Positions 25,032 to 33,810 of a stretch of DNA of 46,626 nt are shown piece after piece (position 1 is the stretch's first letter; each line of letters begins with the position of its first letter). The notes below the pieces were generated by a model. It was not told the origin of the DNA. It saw nothing but the letters and a program-made list of their open reading frames with translations, and did no database searches. This stretch comes from Candidatus Eiseniibacteriota bacterium (GTDB lineage: Bacteria > Arandabacterota > Arandabacteria > Arandabacterales > Arandabacteraceae), in NCBI GenBank assembly GCA_043810925.1, contig JBDRNT010000128.1:1-46626 (forward strand), written 5' to 3'. Position numbers and translations under genes: made by a program.

Positions 25032-27635
25032 ATGCTTAGAGTCTGCCTGCTGGTACTTCTGCTCACCCTCCCCGAATTTGGTGACAGTTTACAAATTACG
25101 GAGTGCCACGCCTCGGAATTCGGTACCAGCTTACAAATTACGGATTCGCAGCCCCCGGAATTCGGTGGCACGGAATTCGGTGACAGTCTGACAATTGCGG
25201 AGTGGCATTATCTAGGCCCCTTTTCGATAGGTCCCCGGGAAGGTGTCATTGGCATAACGGACGAACCTGGAGCGCTCGAGCCCTGCGACGGTGATCGCTA
25301 CATCAGCACCCTCACTCAGGGGGGGATCGTCAGCTGGAAACAAGCGGCGCCGGACTCCACAGGCTGGGTTGAGATCGGATTCGAGAACGTCTTATGGGAT
25401 ACGCTGATGGATATCTACGGCTATGCCGGGATTGTAAACGGCGCGTACGCCTACAGCGAGTTCATGGTGCCTGCGGAGCGGCATGCCCTCGTGATCGCCG
25501 AACGCATCGGGTCGTTCTATCTCAATGGCGATCTTCACAATGGTGACCCTTACGGCCACGACTTCATGCGTATTCCTGTTGTCCTTCGGGAAGGTATCAA
25601 TAGAGTGGTCTTAAATCTCAGCGGATACGCCGACCACCGCTTCCGGTTCGAAATCGTGCCTCCGCCGGCTCCCGTTATTACGCTTGAAGACTTCACGGTC
25701 CCCGACATCCGCGAGGGCGAAAAGGGCTTGTTCTGGATCGGGGTTCCGCTTCTGAATACAACCTCTGAGAGATTCCACGAGGTGGTCGTATCAATCGGTG
25801 ATGGGAGATCGGTGGACCTGACACATCACACGGTCCGCAATCTCGCGCCGCTTTGTGTTAAGAAAGTGCCTCTGGAGATACAGGTAGCGGACGTGCCTTC
25901 CGCCACCGAGGAGATCACCATACCCGTTGAGGTGACCTGCCAGGGAACATGTTACACAGACTCCGTCACCTTAAGAATCAGAGGCAGCGACCAATCCTAC
26001 AAGCGAACCTTCATATCATCAATTGACAGTTCGTGCCAGTACTACGCGGTCCTCCCGCCGGAGGATTATGATCCCGCGGAGACGTACGCCCTGATATTCA
26101 CAACTCACGGTGCGGGTGTTAAGGCCGAAGGCCAGGTCGATGCGTACAAGCCCAAGTCCTGGGCTTTTGTCGTCGCCCCGACCAACAGGCGGCCCTTCGG
26201 GTTTGACTGGCAGGACTGGGGCCGGCTCGATGCTCTTGAGGTGCTCGAGATCGCCGAGGCCACTCTCCCCATCGAGCCCAACCGGATCTATCTTACGGGG
26301 CACTCTATGGGCGGCCACGGCGCCTGGCACATCGGCCTCACACACCCCGATCGCTTTGCCGCAATGGCCCCGGCTGCGGGCTGGACATCATTTGAGCTCT
26401 ATGTGCCCTGGTTCCTGCAGAAAGCTCGCATCTTCGGCGAACCCGGGCAGTGTGCCATAAGGGATATGAGTCTAAGACAGGACCAGCCGCACAACTTCGT
26501 TGAGAACGCTTTGAACCTTCCTGTCTTCATCCTACAGGGAGGGGCAGACGATAACGTCCCACCCGTTCACGCCCGCCTCTTCGCACGCCGCCTCGATGAA
26601 CTCGGTTACAGATACCGCTACAAGGAAGATCCGGGCAGGGGTCACTGGTATAGCATCGATAGTCTCGACGTATCTTGCGTCGACGATCCGGACCTCATGG
26701 GTTACTTCACCGGTAAGGCCCGGAATCCCTTTCCTCACCATGTCGTCTTTAAGACCACAAATGTCGGTCACAGTAACAGCGCCTACTGGCTCAAGATCAA
26801 GAGACAGGAGAAGTGCTACCACGAATCCAGAATCGAAGGACATGTGGCGGGTGATACCGTCACCGTCACAACGGCCAATGTCGATGAGTTCGAGGTCTCG
26901 CTGTCCGAGTATCTGCTTCCCACCGACCGGGTAACGCTATCCGTCGACGGGAAGTCCCGGCACTTGGATCTTAACGCCGGTCGAAGCATCACGCTTTCAA
27001 AGCGAGCAGGTGAGTTCAGGCTGGGAGGTTTGGCTCCGGGCGGTCTTGCCAAGCGGCCGGAGCTCCATGGACCTATAAAGCAAGCGTACTTCTCACCGTT
27101 TGTGCTCGTCTATGGCACACGGGGAGACAGCATCACCACCGATCTTCTCCTTCACCAGGCAAGACTTGAAGCCTTCGAGTGGTGGCGGCGCGGAAACGGG
27201 TTCGCAGAGGTGCTTCCCGATACCGAGGTCACAGCAGGCATCATAGACAAGTTCAATCTCATGCTCTTTGGCGGGCCAGGTGAAAACCACATCACTTCAC
27301 GCATAGACCGCTTCCTTCCCATAAGGCTCGACGAGGGCTCGTTCTTCCTCGGAGGCAAGCGGCTTGAAGGTGAATGCCTTGCCGCCAAGTTCATCTATCC
27401 CAACCCGCTCAATGAGGAAAGACTCGTGGTCGTTCATGAAGGGCTGGGTGTGGACGGCTTAAGGCTTTCGACCTTTTTCCGGACGATCTACGCTGGTGCA
27501 GGCCTTCCCGATTTCATGATCTTCGATAAGAGCGTGACACGAAAAGGCTGGGGCGGCATGATCTCCACCGGGTTCTTCGACTCCTCCTGGCAGCTCGATC
27601 CGGGTCTCATGTACGAAAGGACGGGACATGAATAG
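25032..27635 (+). CDS. Secreted alpha/beta hydrolase (S9/prolyl oligopeptidase-like or esterase)
   Basis: GGAGG RBS before ATG 25032; signal peptide; THGAG, nucleophile elbow GHSMGG, GGADDNVP, GRGHW triad motifs. Confidence 0.88.
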   Translation: MLRVCLLVLLLTLPEFGDSLQITECHASEFGTSLQITDSQPPEFGGTEFGDSLTIAEWHYLGPFSIGPREGVIGITDEPGALEPCDGDRYISTLTQGGIVSWKQAAPDSTGWVEIGFENVLWDTLMDIYGYAGIVNGAYAYSEFMVPAERHALVIAERIGSFYLNGDLHNGDPYGHDFMRIPVVLREGINRVVLNLSGYADHRFRFEIVPPPAPVITLEDFTVPDIREGEKGLFWIGVPLLNTTSERFHEVVVSIGDGRSVDLTHHTVRNLAPLCVKKVPLEIQVADVPSATEEITIPVEVTCQGTCYTDSVTLRIRGSDQSYKRTFISSIDSSCQYYAVLPPEDYDPAETYALIFTTHGAGVKAEGQVDAYKPKSWAFVVAPTNRRPFGFDWQDWGRLDALEVLEIAEATLPIEPNRIYLTGHSMGGHGAWHIGLTHPDRFAAMAPAAGWTSFELYVPWFLQKARIFGEPGQCAIRDMSLRQDQPHNFVENALNLPVFILQGGADDNVPPVHARLFARRLDELGYRYRYKEDPGRGHWYSIDSLDVSCVDDPDLMGYFTGKARNPFPHHVVFKTTNVGHSNSAYWLKIKRQEKCYHESRIEGHVAGDTVTVTTANVDEFEVSLSEYLLPTDRVTLSVDGKSRHLDLNAGRSITLSKRAGEFRLGGLAPGGLAKRPELHGPIKQAYFSPFVLVYGTRGDSITTDLLLHQARLEAFEWWRRGNGFAEVLPDTEVTAGIIDKFNLMLFGGPGENHITSRIDRFLPIRLDEGSFFLGGKRLEGECLAAKFIYPNPLNEERLVVVHEGLGVDGLRLSTFFRTIYAGAGLPDFMIFDKSVTRKGWGGMISTGFFDSSWQLDPGLMYERTGHE
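25074..25201 (+). repeat. In-frame tandem direct copies of the 4170 IR arm (3 full, 1 partial)
   Basis: Copies start at 25074, 25116, 25158 (partial) and 25173; encode EFGDSLQITE / EFGTSLQITD / EFGGT / EFGDSLTIAE. Confidence 0.88.
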
Positions 27636-28482
27636 AACACGCACTTTTCTGCTGATGCTTACGCTCACCGGGTTGTTTGTGCTGGTCGGTGGTCTTCTTG
27701 GTGGACGACAGGGTGCAGTGATTGCTTTTGGATTCGCCGCCATCATGAATTTCATAACTTACTGGTTCAGCGATAAAATCGTGCTTAAGCGTTACGGGGC
27801 TTCCGAGGTAGGCCCCGACGATAGGACGGGGTTGTATTCCACCGTGGCTCAACTCGCCCAGACCGGCAACCTGCCGATGCCGCGTGTCTTTCTGATTCCC
27901 CAGCGAAGCCCCAACGCGTTTGCCACGGGGCGCGATCCTCAGCACGCCGCAGTCGCAGCCACTCAGGGCTTGGTGGATATCCTCAACCGTGAGGAGCTTG
28001 CGGGTGTGATGGCCCACGAGCTTACTCATGTTAAGAATCGGGACATCCTCACGGGGACCATTGCAGCCACACTCGCTGGAGCAATAGCTGTCCTCGGACA
28101 GTTCGCCTACTTCGGGGCGGCAGGCCGTGGCCGCCGCGGAAACCAGCTCGGCCTTCTTCTTGTTGTAATAGGAGCACCACTCGCTGCCATGTTTATTAGA
28201 ATGGCCGTCTCGCGTGTCAGGGAATACGCCGCGGATGAGGGAGGAGCAAAACTAAGTGGCAAACCCCTGGCGCTGGCCGCCGCGCTGGCGAAGTTACAGA
28301 GAGGTGCTAAGCAGGTACCTCTGGCCAACGGCAATCCCGCTCATTCACACATGTTCATTGTCAATCCATTCCTTGGGGGCGGACTTACAAGGCTCTTCGC
28401 AACCCACCCACCGATGGAAGAGCGGATCAAGCGGCTTCAAAGTCTGTCACAGGAGATAACCGGAGTTCATTCCCAGGTCTAA
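27628..28482 (+). CDS. htpX: Zinc metalloprotease HtpX (M48)
   Basis: PNAFATGRDP, HELTH, SRVREYAAD, LFATHPPMEERI. Confidence 0.96.
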   Translation: MNRTRTFLLMLTLTGLFVLVGGLLGGRQGAVIAFGFAAIMNFITYWFSDKIVLKRYGASEVGPDDRTGLYSTVAQLAQTGNLPMPRVFLIPQRSPNAFATGRDPQHAAVAATQGLVDILNREELAGVMAHELTHVKNRDILTGTIAATLAGAIAVLGQFAYFGAAGRGRRGNQLGLLLVVIGAPLAAMFIRMAVSRVREYAADEGGAKLSGKPLALAAALAKLQRGAKQVPLANGNPAHSHMFIVNPFLGGGLTRLFATHPPMEERIKRLQSLSQEITGVHSQV

Positions 28483-28486
28483 CCCG

Positions 28487-29758
28487 CTATCCTTCTCGCA
28501 CCGCGGATCGACCGGCGACCCAACCGGTAGAAAACGCGGCTTGTAGGTTATAGCCGCCAGTGTCCGCATCCACATCTAACACCTCCCCGGCGAAATAGCA
28601 CGCCTCCACCAGGCGCGACTCCATCGTGCGTGGGTCAACTTCTCGTGTATCTACGCCACCGGCGGTGATAATCGCCTCTGCGAAAGACCGGTATCCAATC
28701 ACCTCTATGCGGAAATTCTTCAACCACATCCGTAGCCGCTTACGCTCCTCAGCCGTTATCTGGTGCGCTTCCTTATCCGGAGAGATGCCTGTCAAGGTCG
28801 CGCACACCTGGATGAGTTTTCTGGGTAACAAGCCCTTGAGCAACGTGCGGAACTTCTGCTTGCCGCTCGCGGCCAGGTCGCGCAAAAGCCGTGTCTCCAG
28901 CTCACGCTCATCAATAGCAGGCTTGAGATCAATGGAGAGAATCACCCTATGCCCCAAGCGCAGCGCGTCCACCACCTGTCTGCTCAAGGAGAGGATGGTC
29001 GGCCCGGAAAGACCAAAGTGCGTGAAAAGCATTTCCCCAAAGGTCTTGGCCTGCCTCTTCCTACCGACCCACATCCGGACGGTCACATTGCGCAGACTCA
29101 GACCCTGCAACTTCGGAGCAATATCGCCGGCCGCCTCCAGAGGGACCAGTGCGGGTCGAATCGGCACAATGGTGTGGCCCACCGATTCGGCCAGCCGGTA
29201 CCCGTCTCCCGTTGACCCGGTGGCAGGGTAAGACGCCCCACCGGTAGCGATGATCACTGCGCGGCCTCGATAGATCCGCCCGTGGGACAGCTGCACACCA
29301 ACCACTCGTCCTCGCTCGACAACCAATTGCTCTACCGGCGATCGAGTCAGCAAGGTCACCCCACACTTTCCAGCCCACCGAACCAGGGCATCCACCACGT
29401 CCTGCGCCTCACCACTAGATGGAAACACCCGCCCCCCCCGCTCCGTCACAATGGGGACCTGCAGATCTTCAAAAAAACCTACCAGTTCGTCGGTGAAAAA
29501 TCGCGAGAAGGCCTGACGAAGGAAACGTCCGTTGCGCCCGAAGTGTGCGATGAACTCAGGCAGGAGGGCTACGTTCGTGAGGTTGCAGCGTCCCTTGCCG
29601 GCTATACGCAGCTTGCGCCCCGGGCGACTCATCTTCTCGAGAAGCAGCGTCTCGGCCCCGAGCTGCGCAGCCTGCCCTGCCGCCATCAGACCGGCTGCCC
29701 CTCCTCCGACGACTATCACCCGACGCTCTGTCAAATGAGCCTCACTGCGCTGAATCAC
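28487..29758 (-). CDS. HI0933/YhiN (BaiN) family FAD-dependent oxidoreductase
   Basis: GGGAAG, GKGRCNLTN, GRVFP, ATGGASYPATGSTGDG, GEMLFTHFGLSGP, TGGYNLQAA; true start may be TTG 29734. Confidence 0.94.
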   Translation of the reverse strand: MIQRSEAHLTERRVIVVGGGAAGLMAAGQAAQLGAETLLLEKMSRPGRKLRIAGKGRCNLTNVALLPEFIAHFGRNGRFLRQAFSRFFTDELVGFFEDLQVPIVTERGGRVFPSSGEAQDVVDALVRWAGKCGVTLLTRSPVEQLVVERGRVVGVQLSHGRIYRGRAVIIATGGASYPATGSTGDGYRLAESVGHTIVPIRPALVPLEAAGDIAPKLQGLSLRNVTVRMWVGRKRQAKTFGEMLFTHFGLSGPTILSLSRQVVDALRLGHRVILSIDLKPAIDERELETRLLRDLAASGKQKFRTLLKGLLPRKLIQVCATLTGISPDKEAHQITAEERKRLRMWLKNFRIEVIGYRSFAEAIITAGGVDTREVDPRTMESRLVEACYFAGEVLDVDADTGGYNLQAAFSTGWVAGRSAVREG

Positions 29759-30122
29759 TTAGAGTCCGGTACGCAACTACGGTTCATGTACTTCATGTCG
29801 TTGCACCGAGAACAATGAGATGGTGATCCCCTCGCACCTTAAGTCCCATGACCTTCTTGACATGCCTCCTACGACGGTAACACACAGCCACACAGCTGTT
29901 CAATCACCGAGGCGCACCCATCTTGACGATCTTTCTCATAATTGGTGTGTGTAGCGGGCCCCCGCTACCAACCTACGACTCGCCGTAGCACGAGAGCGAC
30001 TCCTCACGGCCCGGGTTCTCAGTTCGGCCGGATGTGGGTATAGTAAGTGACAGATGCTGGCCGGGGTGGGAAGTGAAGCCGCCAGGGCATTGACTCTGGC
30101 GATTTGCTGAAGGGAAAAACCT

Positions 30123-32438
30123 ATGAGAATCGACATTCATCCGAGGTTACTCATCCTGGTCGGCACTATCATCCTCTTGATCGCCGCGCAGTCCATCTGT
30201 GCCACCAGGGACTACGCCGTGGAGGTGAGCGCCACGGTTCAGGAATCACCTCCGCAGATCGACTTCTCCTGGGTCGCCGATCTAACGGCCACCGAATACC
30301 GGATCTTTAAGAAGTCGATAGCCGATACTGTCTGGACCGGGCCCATCGCCGTCCTTGGCGGAGGCACGACAACCTTCACTGACACGGACGTCGCCGTCGG
30401 TGAGGCTTACGAATACAGCTTTCGAAAGACCAGGGGAACAATCATCGATACGGTTGAGATCGCAAGCGGTACTTCCGTCACCTTCACAATATATGATTCC
30501 TGGGGAGATGGTATCTGCTGCGACCAGGGCCTTGGCTTCTACGATGTTACAGGTTGTGATACGCTTTACGCCTCGGGCGGCTCATTCGGCTCGTACGAAT
30601 CCACATCCTTCACGATAGGCAGCCCGGAAAGTCCATGCAGCGCACTGGTAGTCTCCATCACACTCGATACCTTCGGGGCGGAGACCTCATGGCAACTGAC
30701 CGTTGATGAAACGGGAGACACGCTTGCCCAGGGTGGGCCGTACTCGGCTCCGAGGTTCGGACACATCCTCGCAGGCATCCGCTACACCCCACCCGAAGAC
30801 GTGGGCACTGTTCTCCTCCTCGTGGATGAGCCCGTGGCCGATTCACTCGAAAACGAACTCACCCGGCTTGAGCTTGATATGATACGTGATGGCTACCGGG
30901 TCCGCCGCTGTGATGTGCCTGACGGCACTCCAGTTCCGACGGTGAAGAGCCTGATCATGGCCCGGTGCCAGAGCGATCCCACCATCTCAACGCTCTTCCT
31001 CTTCGGGAACATAGCCGTCCCCTACTCAGGCGATGTTCACGGAGCACACGCCAACCACCAGGGTGCATGGCCGGCCGACCTATACTACGGGGAACTGGAC
31101 GGTGCGTGGACGGATTCGATTGTCAACAACACGAGCGCCTCACGGCCGGCGAACCACAATATCCCGGGGGACGGCAAGTTCGATCAGACATTCCTCCCCT
31201 CCGATGTCGACCTTCAGGTTGGACGGGTTGACCTCAGTCGCCTGCCCGCCTTCGCCGAGAGCGAGGTGGGCCTACTCAGGCGCTACCTCGATAAGGACCA
31301 CGCCTTCAGGACCGGGGAGATAAGCCTGCCCCGCCGCGGGCTTATCGATGATAATGTTGGGGTAGGCGGTGGCACTGCTTATGCCTGCACAGGTTGGCGC
31401 AACTTCACAGCCATGTTTGGATCCCCCGCGACAAGGGCGAGGAGCTGGCTCCCCACCCTCGAGACCGACGGTTATCTTTGCGCTTATGGCTGCGGTCCGG
31501 GAAGTTACTCAAGCTGTGGTGGCGTGGCCACGACAGCTGATTTCGCCACGCTGACCATGCAGACCGTCTTCACCATGCTCATGGGAAGCTACTTCGGCGA
31601 CTGGGACAATTCCAACAATGTGCTTCGCGCACCCCTGGGCTCGGCCAACTACCCGCTCGTCTGCTTCTGGGCGGGCCGCCCGGCCTGGCATCTTCACCAC
31701 ATGGCTATGGGTTACCCTATCGGGTACAGTGCCCGCATCACCCAGAACAACCACACGCTCTACATGATCGCTTATGGCGGGCGCCAGATTCACACCGCAC
31801 TGATGGGGGATCCGACTCTGAGGCTCCATGCGGTCAAACCGCCGCCGGCCTTAAGCCTTGAGTGCGCTGAGGTCGGCGAGATACGGCTTACCTGGTCGGC
31901 GCCCGGCGATTCCGCTGTCGCCGGCTATCATGTGTACCGCTCCGAGAGTCTCCACGGAGGCTTCACGCGCTTGAGCCCGGCTCTTATCGAAGACACAACC
32001 TACGTTGACAGCGCACCTGTTTCGGGCCGGAACATCTACATGGTGAGGGCTGTTAAGACCGAAAGCACGGCCAGCGGAACCTACTTAAACCCGAGTCCCG
32101 GTATCATCGACTCGATAGAAGCAGTTGCGGGTGTAGAACCTCCCGGGCATGGCACTCTGCCGGAGGCCACCTTCTTAGGGAGTTCTCCCAATCCCTTCCT
32201 CGCGGGTACTAAAATCACCTTCCACCTGGCTGGCCCGGGCCGGGCAGACTTGAGGATTCATGACGTGACCGGCCGCCTGGTCCACGTGATCACTTCCGGG
32301 CCGCTCCCGGCGGGCAAGCACACCCTGAAGTGGGATGGGTGTGATCGTGACGGGCACCACGTCACAAGCGGGATCTACTTCGTCTCCCTCAAGACCGGCC
32401 GCTCAGTGATTTCGAGCAAAGTGGTGAAAGTCGAGTAG
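30123..32438 (+). CDS. Secreted FN3 + gingipain/C25-like + FN3 + FlgD-Ig/T9SS-like protein
   Basis: Signal peptide; FN3-type W...YRIFK...FTD...YEY; LFGNIAVP, ADLYY, VGRVD, LMGDPTL (C25-like); C-terminal PNPF...DVTGRLV...SGIYFV...KVVKVE. Confidence 0.82.
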   Translation: MRIDIHPRLLILVGTIILLIAAQSICATRDYAVEVSATVQESPPQIDFSWVADLTATEYRIFKKSIADTVWTGPIAVLGGGTTTFTDTDVAVGEAYEYSFRKTRGTIIDTVEIASGTSVTFTIYDSWGDGICCDQGLGFYDVTGCDTLYASGGSFGSYESTSFTIGSPESPCSALVVSITLDTFGAETSWQLTVDETGDTLAQGGPYSAPRFGHILAGIRYTPPEDVGTVLLLVDEPVADSLENELTRLELDMIRDGYRVRRCDVPDGTPVPTVKSLIMARCQSDPTISTLFLFGNIAVPYSGDVHGAHANHQGAWPADLYYGELDGAWTDSIVNNTSASRPANHNIPGDGKFDQTFLPSDVDLQVGRVDLSRLPAFAESEVGLLRRYLDKDHAFRTGEISLPRRGLIDDNVGVGGGTAYACTGWRNFTAMFGSPATRARSWLPTLETDGYLCAYGCGPGSYSSCGGVATTADFATLTMQTVFTMLMGSYFGDWDNSNNVLRAPLGSANYPLVCFWAGRPAWHLHHMAMGYPIGYSARITQNNHTLYMIAYGGRQIHTALMGDPTLRLHAVKPPPALSLECAEVGEIRLTWSAPGDSAVAGYHVYRSESLHGGFTRLSPALIEDTTYVDSAPVSGRNIYMVRAVKTESTASGTYLNPSPGIIDSIEAVAGVEPPGHGTLPEATFLGSSPNPFLAGTKITFHLAGPGRADLRIHDVTGRLVHVITSGPLPAGKHTLKWDGCDRDGHHVTSGIYFVSLKTGRSVISSKVVKVE

Positions 32439-32590
32439 TACTCCCCAAGCCCCAATCCCGCGATGACATGCCTCATGACCGGACCTGCATTTTCTTATGC
32501 GTATGCCGATCCGATATTGTTAAGATTGAGGGAGATGGAACTATCGAACACGTTGGATTGTCTAAGGGACAAAGAGGCGGAATTACGTAC

Positions 32591-33790
32591 ATGAAGCGAA
32601 AACACATTGTATGGGCGGGGGGCGCTGTCTTCCTGGCCATACTGATCTGGCGGATTGCGGTACTGATCATAGGGGACGGCGGGGGCTCGCCGGGCGGCTT
32701 TGCCCGGCCTCCGGTCGCAGTTGAGGTCGACAGCGTACGCATTGAGCCGATTGAAGAAACGCGCCAGCTCACCGGCACGATTTATCCCTTGTACCAGTAC
32801 ATCCTCGCCCCCAAGGTCTCCGGCAGGATCATCAGACTCAACAAGAGGATCGGCGACTGGGTCAAGCGGGGTGAGGTCATTGCAAAGATCGATGATGGCG
32901 AGTACCAGCAGATGGTGCTCGAGTCCGATGCAAACCTCAGGATCTCTTATGCCAATATGGCGGAGACGCAGAGCGAGCTTGAACTGGCAAGACAGGAGCT
33001 AGAGCGCATTGAGTCGCTTGAAGAGAAGCGGATTGCCTCATTGGCCGACCTGGAAACCGCCAGGACCAGGTTCGACGCTCTCGAGTCACGGATAGAGCTG
33101 GCCAAAGCCCAGGTCGAGCAGCGTCAGGCGGCACTGAATTCGGCCAAGATCCGTTTGAGTTACACCACACTCCTTGCATCTGAACCCGGATTCATCGGTG
33201 AGCGCTTCGTGGATGAAGGCAGTATGCTGGCTCCCAGCTCGCCGGTCGTGTCGGTAATCGGTATCGATACGGTCATCGTCCGGACAACGGTGATTGAACG
33301 TGTGTACGGCCTGGTCCGGATAGATCAGTCTGCGGATATCGCAGTAGATGCTTATCCCGGCAGGATCTTTGCGGGCCGGGTATCCCGCATCGCACCCATG
33401 CTCGAGGAGGCATCACGGGTGGCGAAGATGGAAGTCGAGGTGGTCAACGATTCGCTGCTCTTAAAGCCCGGGATGTTCTGCAAGGTGACGCTTGTACTTG
33501 CAGAGAAAGCCTCCGCTCAGGTCGTCCCCACGCAGGCCGTCGTCACGCGCAACGGCACCAACGGCGTCTTTGTGATCGGAAGCGGCGAGACCGCTGCCCG
33601 TTTTGTCCCCGTTGAGCTGGGCATAACCACACCTGCCAGAACGGAAGTTCTCACACCAAGGATAGAGGGCCTGGTCATCTCGCTTGGACAGCACCTCCTG
33701 GAGGACGGGAGCACGGTGATTCTGCCCGACCGGCCCGGCGGGCAGGGCGGCCCGGAGGCTTCGAAGGAGATGGGTCAGCCTGCCGGGTAG
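32591..33790 (+). CDS. RND efflux periplasmic adaptor (membrane fusion protein)
   Basis: N-terminal TM; PKVSGRI...GDWVKRGEVIAKID lipoyl half-motif; coiled hairpin; LKPGMF, VVPTQAV. Confidence 0.93.
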   Translation: MKRKHIVWAGGAVFLAILIWRIAVLIIGDGGGSPGGFARPPVAVEVDSVRIEPIEETRQLTGTIYPLYQYILAPKVSGRIIRLNKRIGDWVKRGEVIAKIDDGEYQQMVLESDANLRISYANMAETQSELELARQELERIESLEEKRIASLADLETARTRFDALESRIELAKAQVEQRQAALNSAKIRLSYTTLLASEPGFIGERFVDEGSMLAPSSPVVSVIGIDTVIVRTTVIERVYGLVRIDQSADIAVDAYPGRIFAGRVSRIAPMLEEASRVAKMEVEVVNDSLLLKPGMFCKVTLVLAEKASAQVVPTQAVVTRNGTNGVFVIGSGETAARFVPVELGITTPARTEVLTPRIEGLVISLGQHLLEDGSTVILPDRPGGQGGPEASKEMGQPAG

Positions 33791-33810
33791 GCAGGAAGGG
33801 AATCAAGCAT

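Noticed and set aside
25074-25201. Direct repeats as a mini-CRISPR array
   Set aside because: Spacers are only 13 nt or absent, repeats diverge, all are in frame within a CDS, and no cas genes are present.
29760-30120. Small ORFs and a GTAGCGGG-CC-CCCGCTAC hairpin (29951-29968) as leader peptide or GTAG-type REP
   Set aside because: The ORFs are very short with poor RBS spacing, and the hairpin is single-copy in the window.
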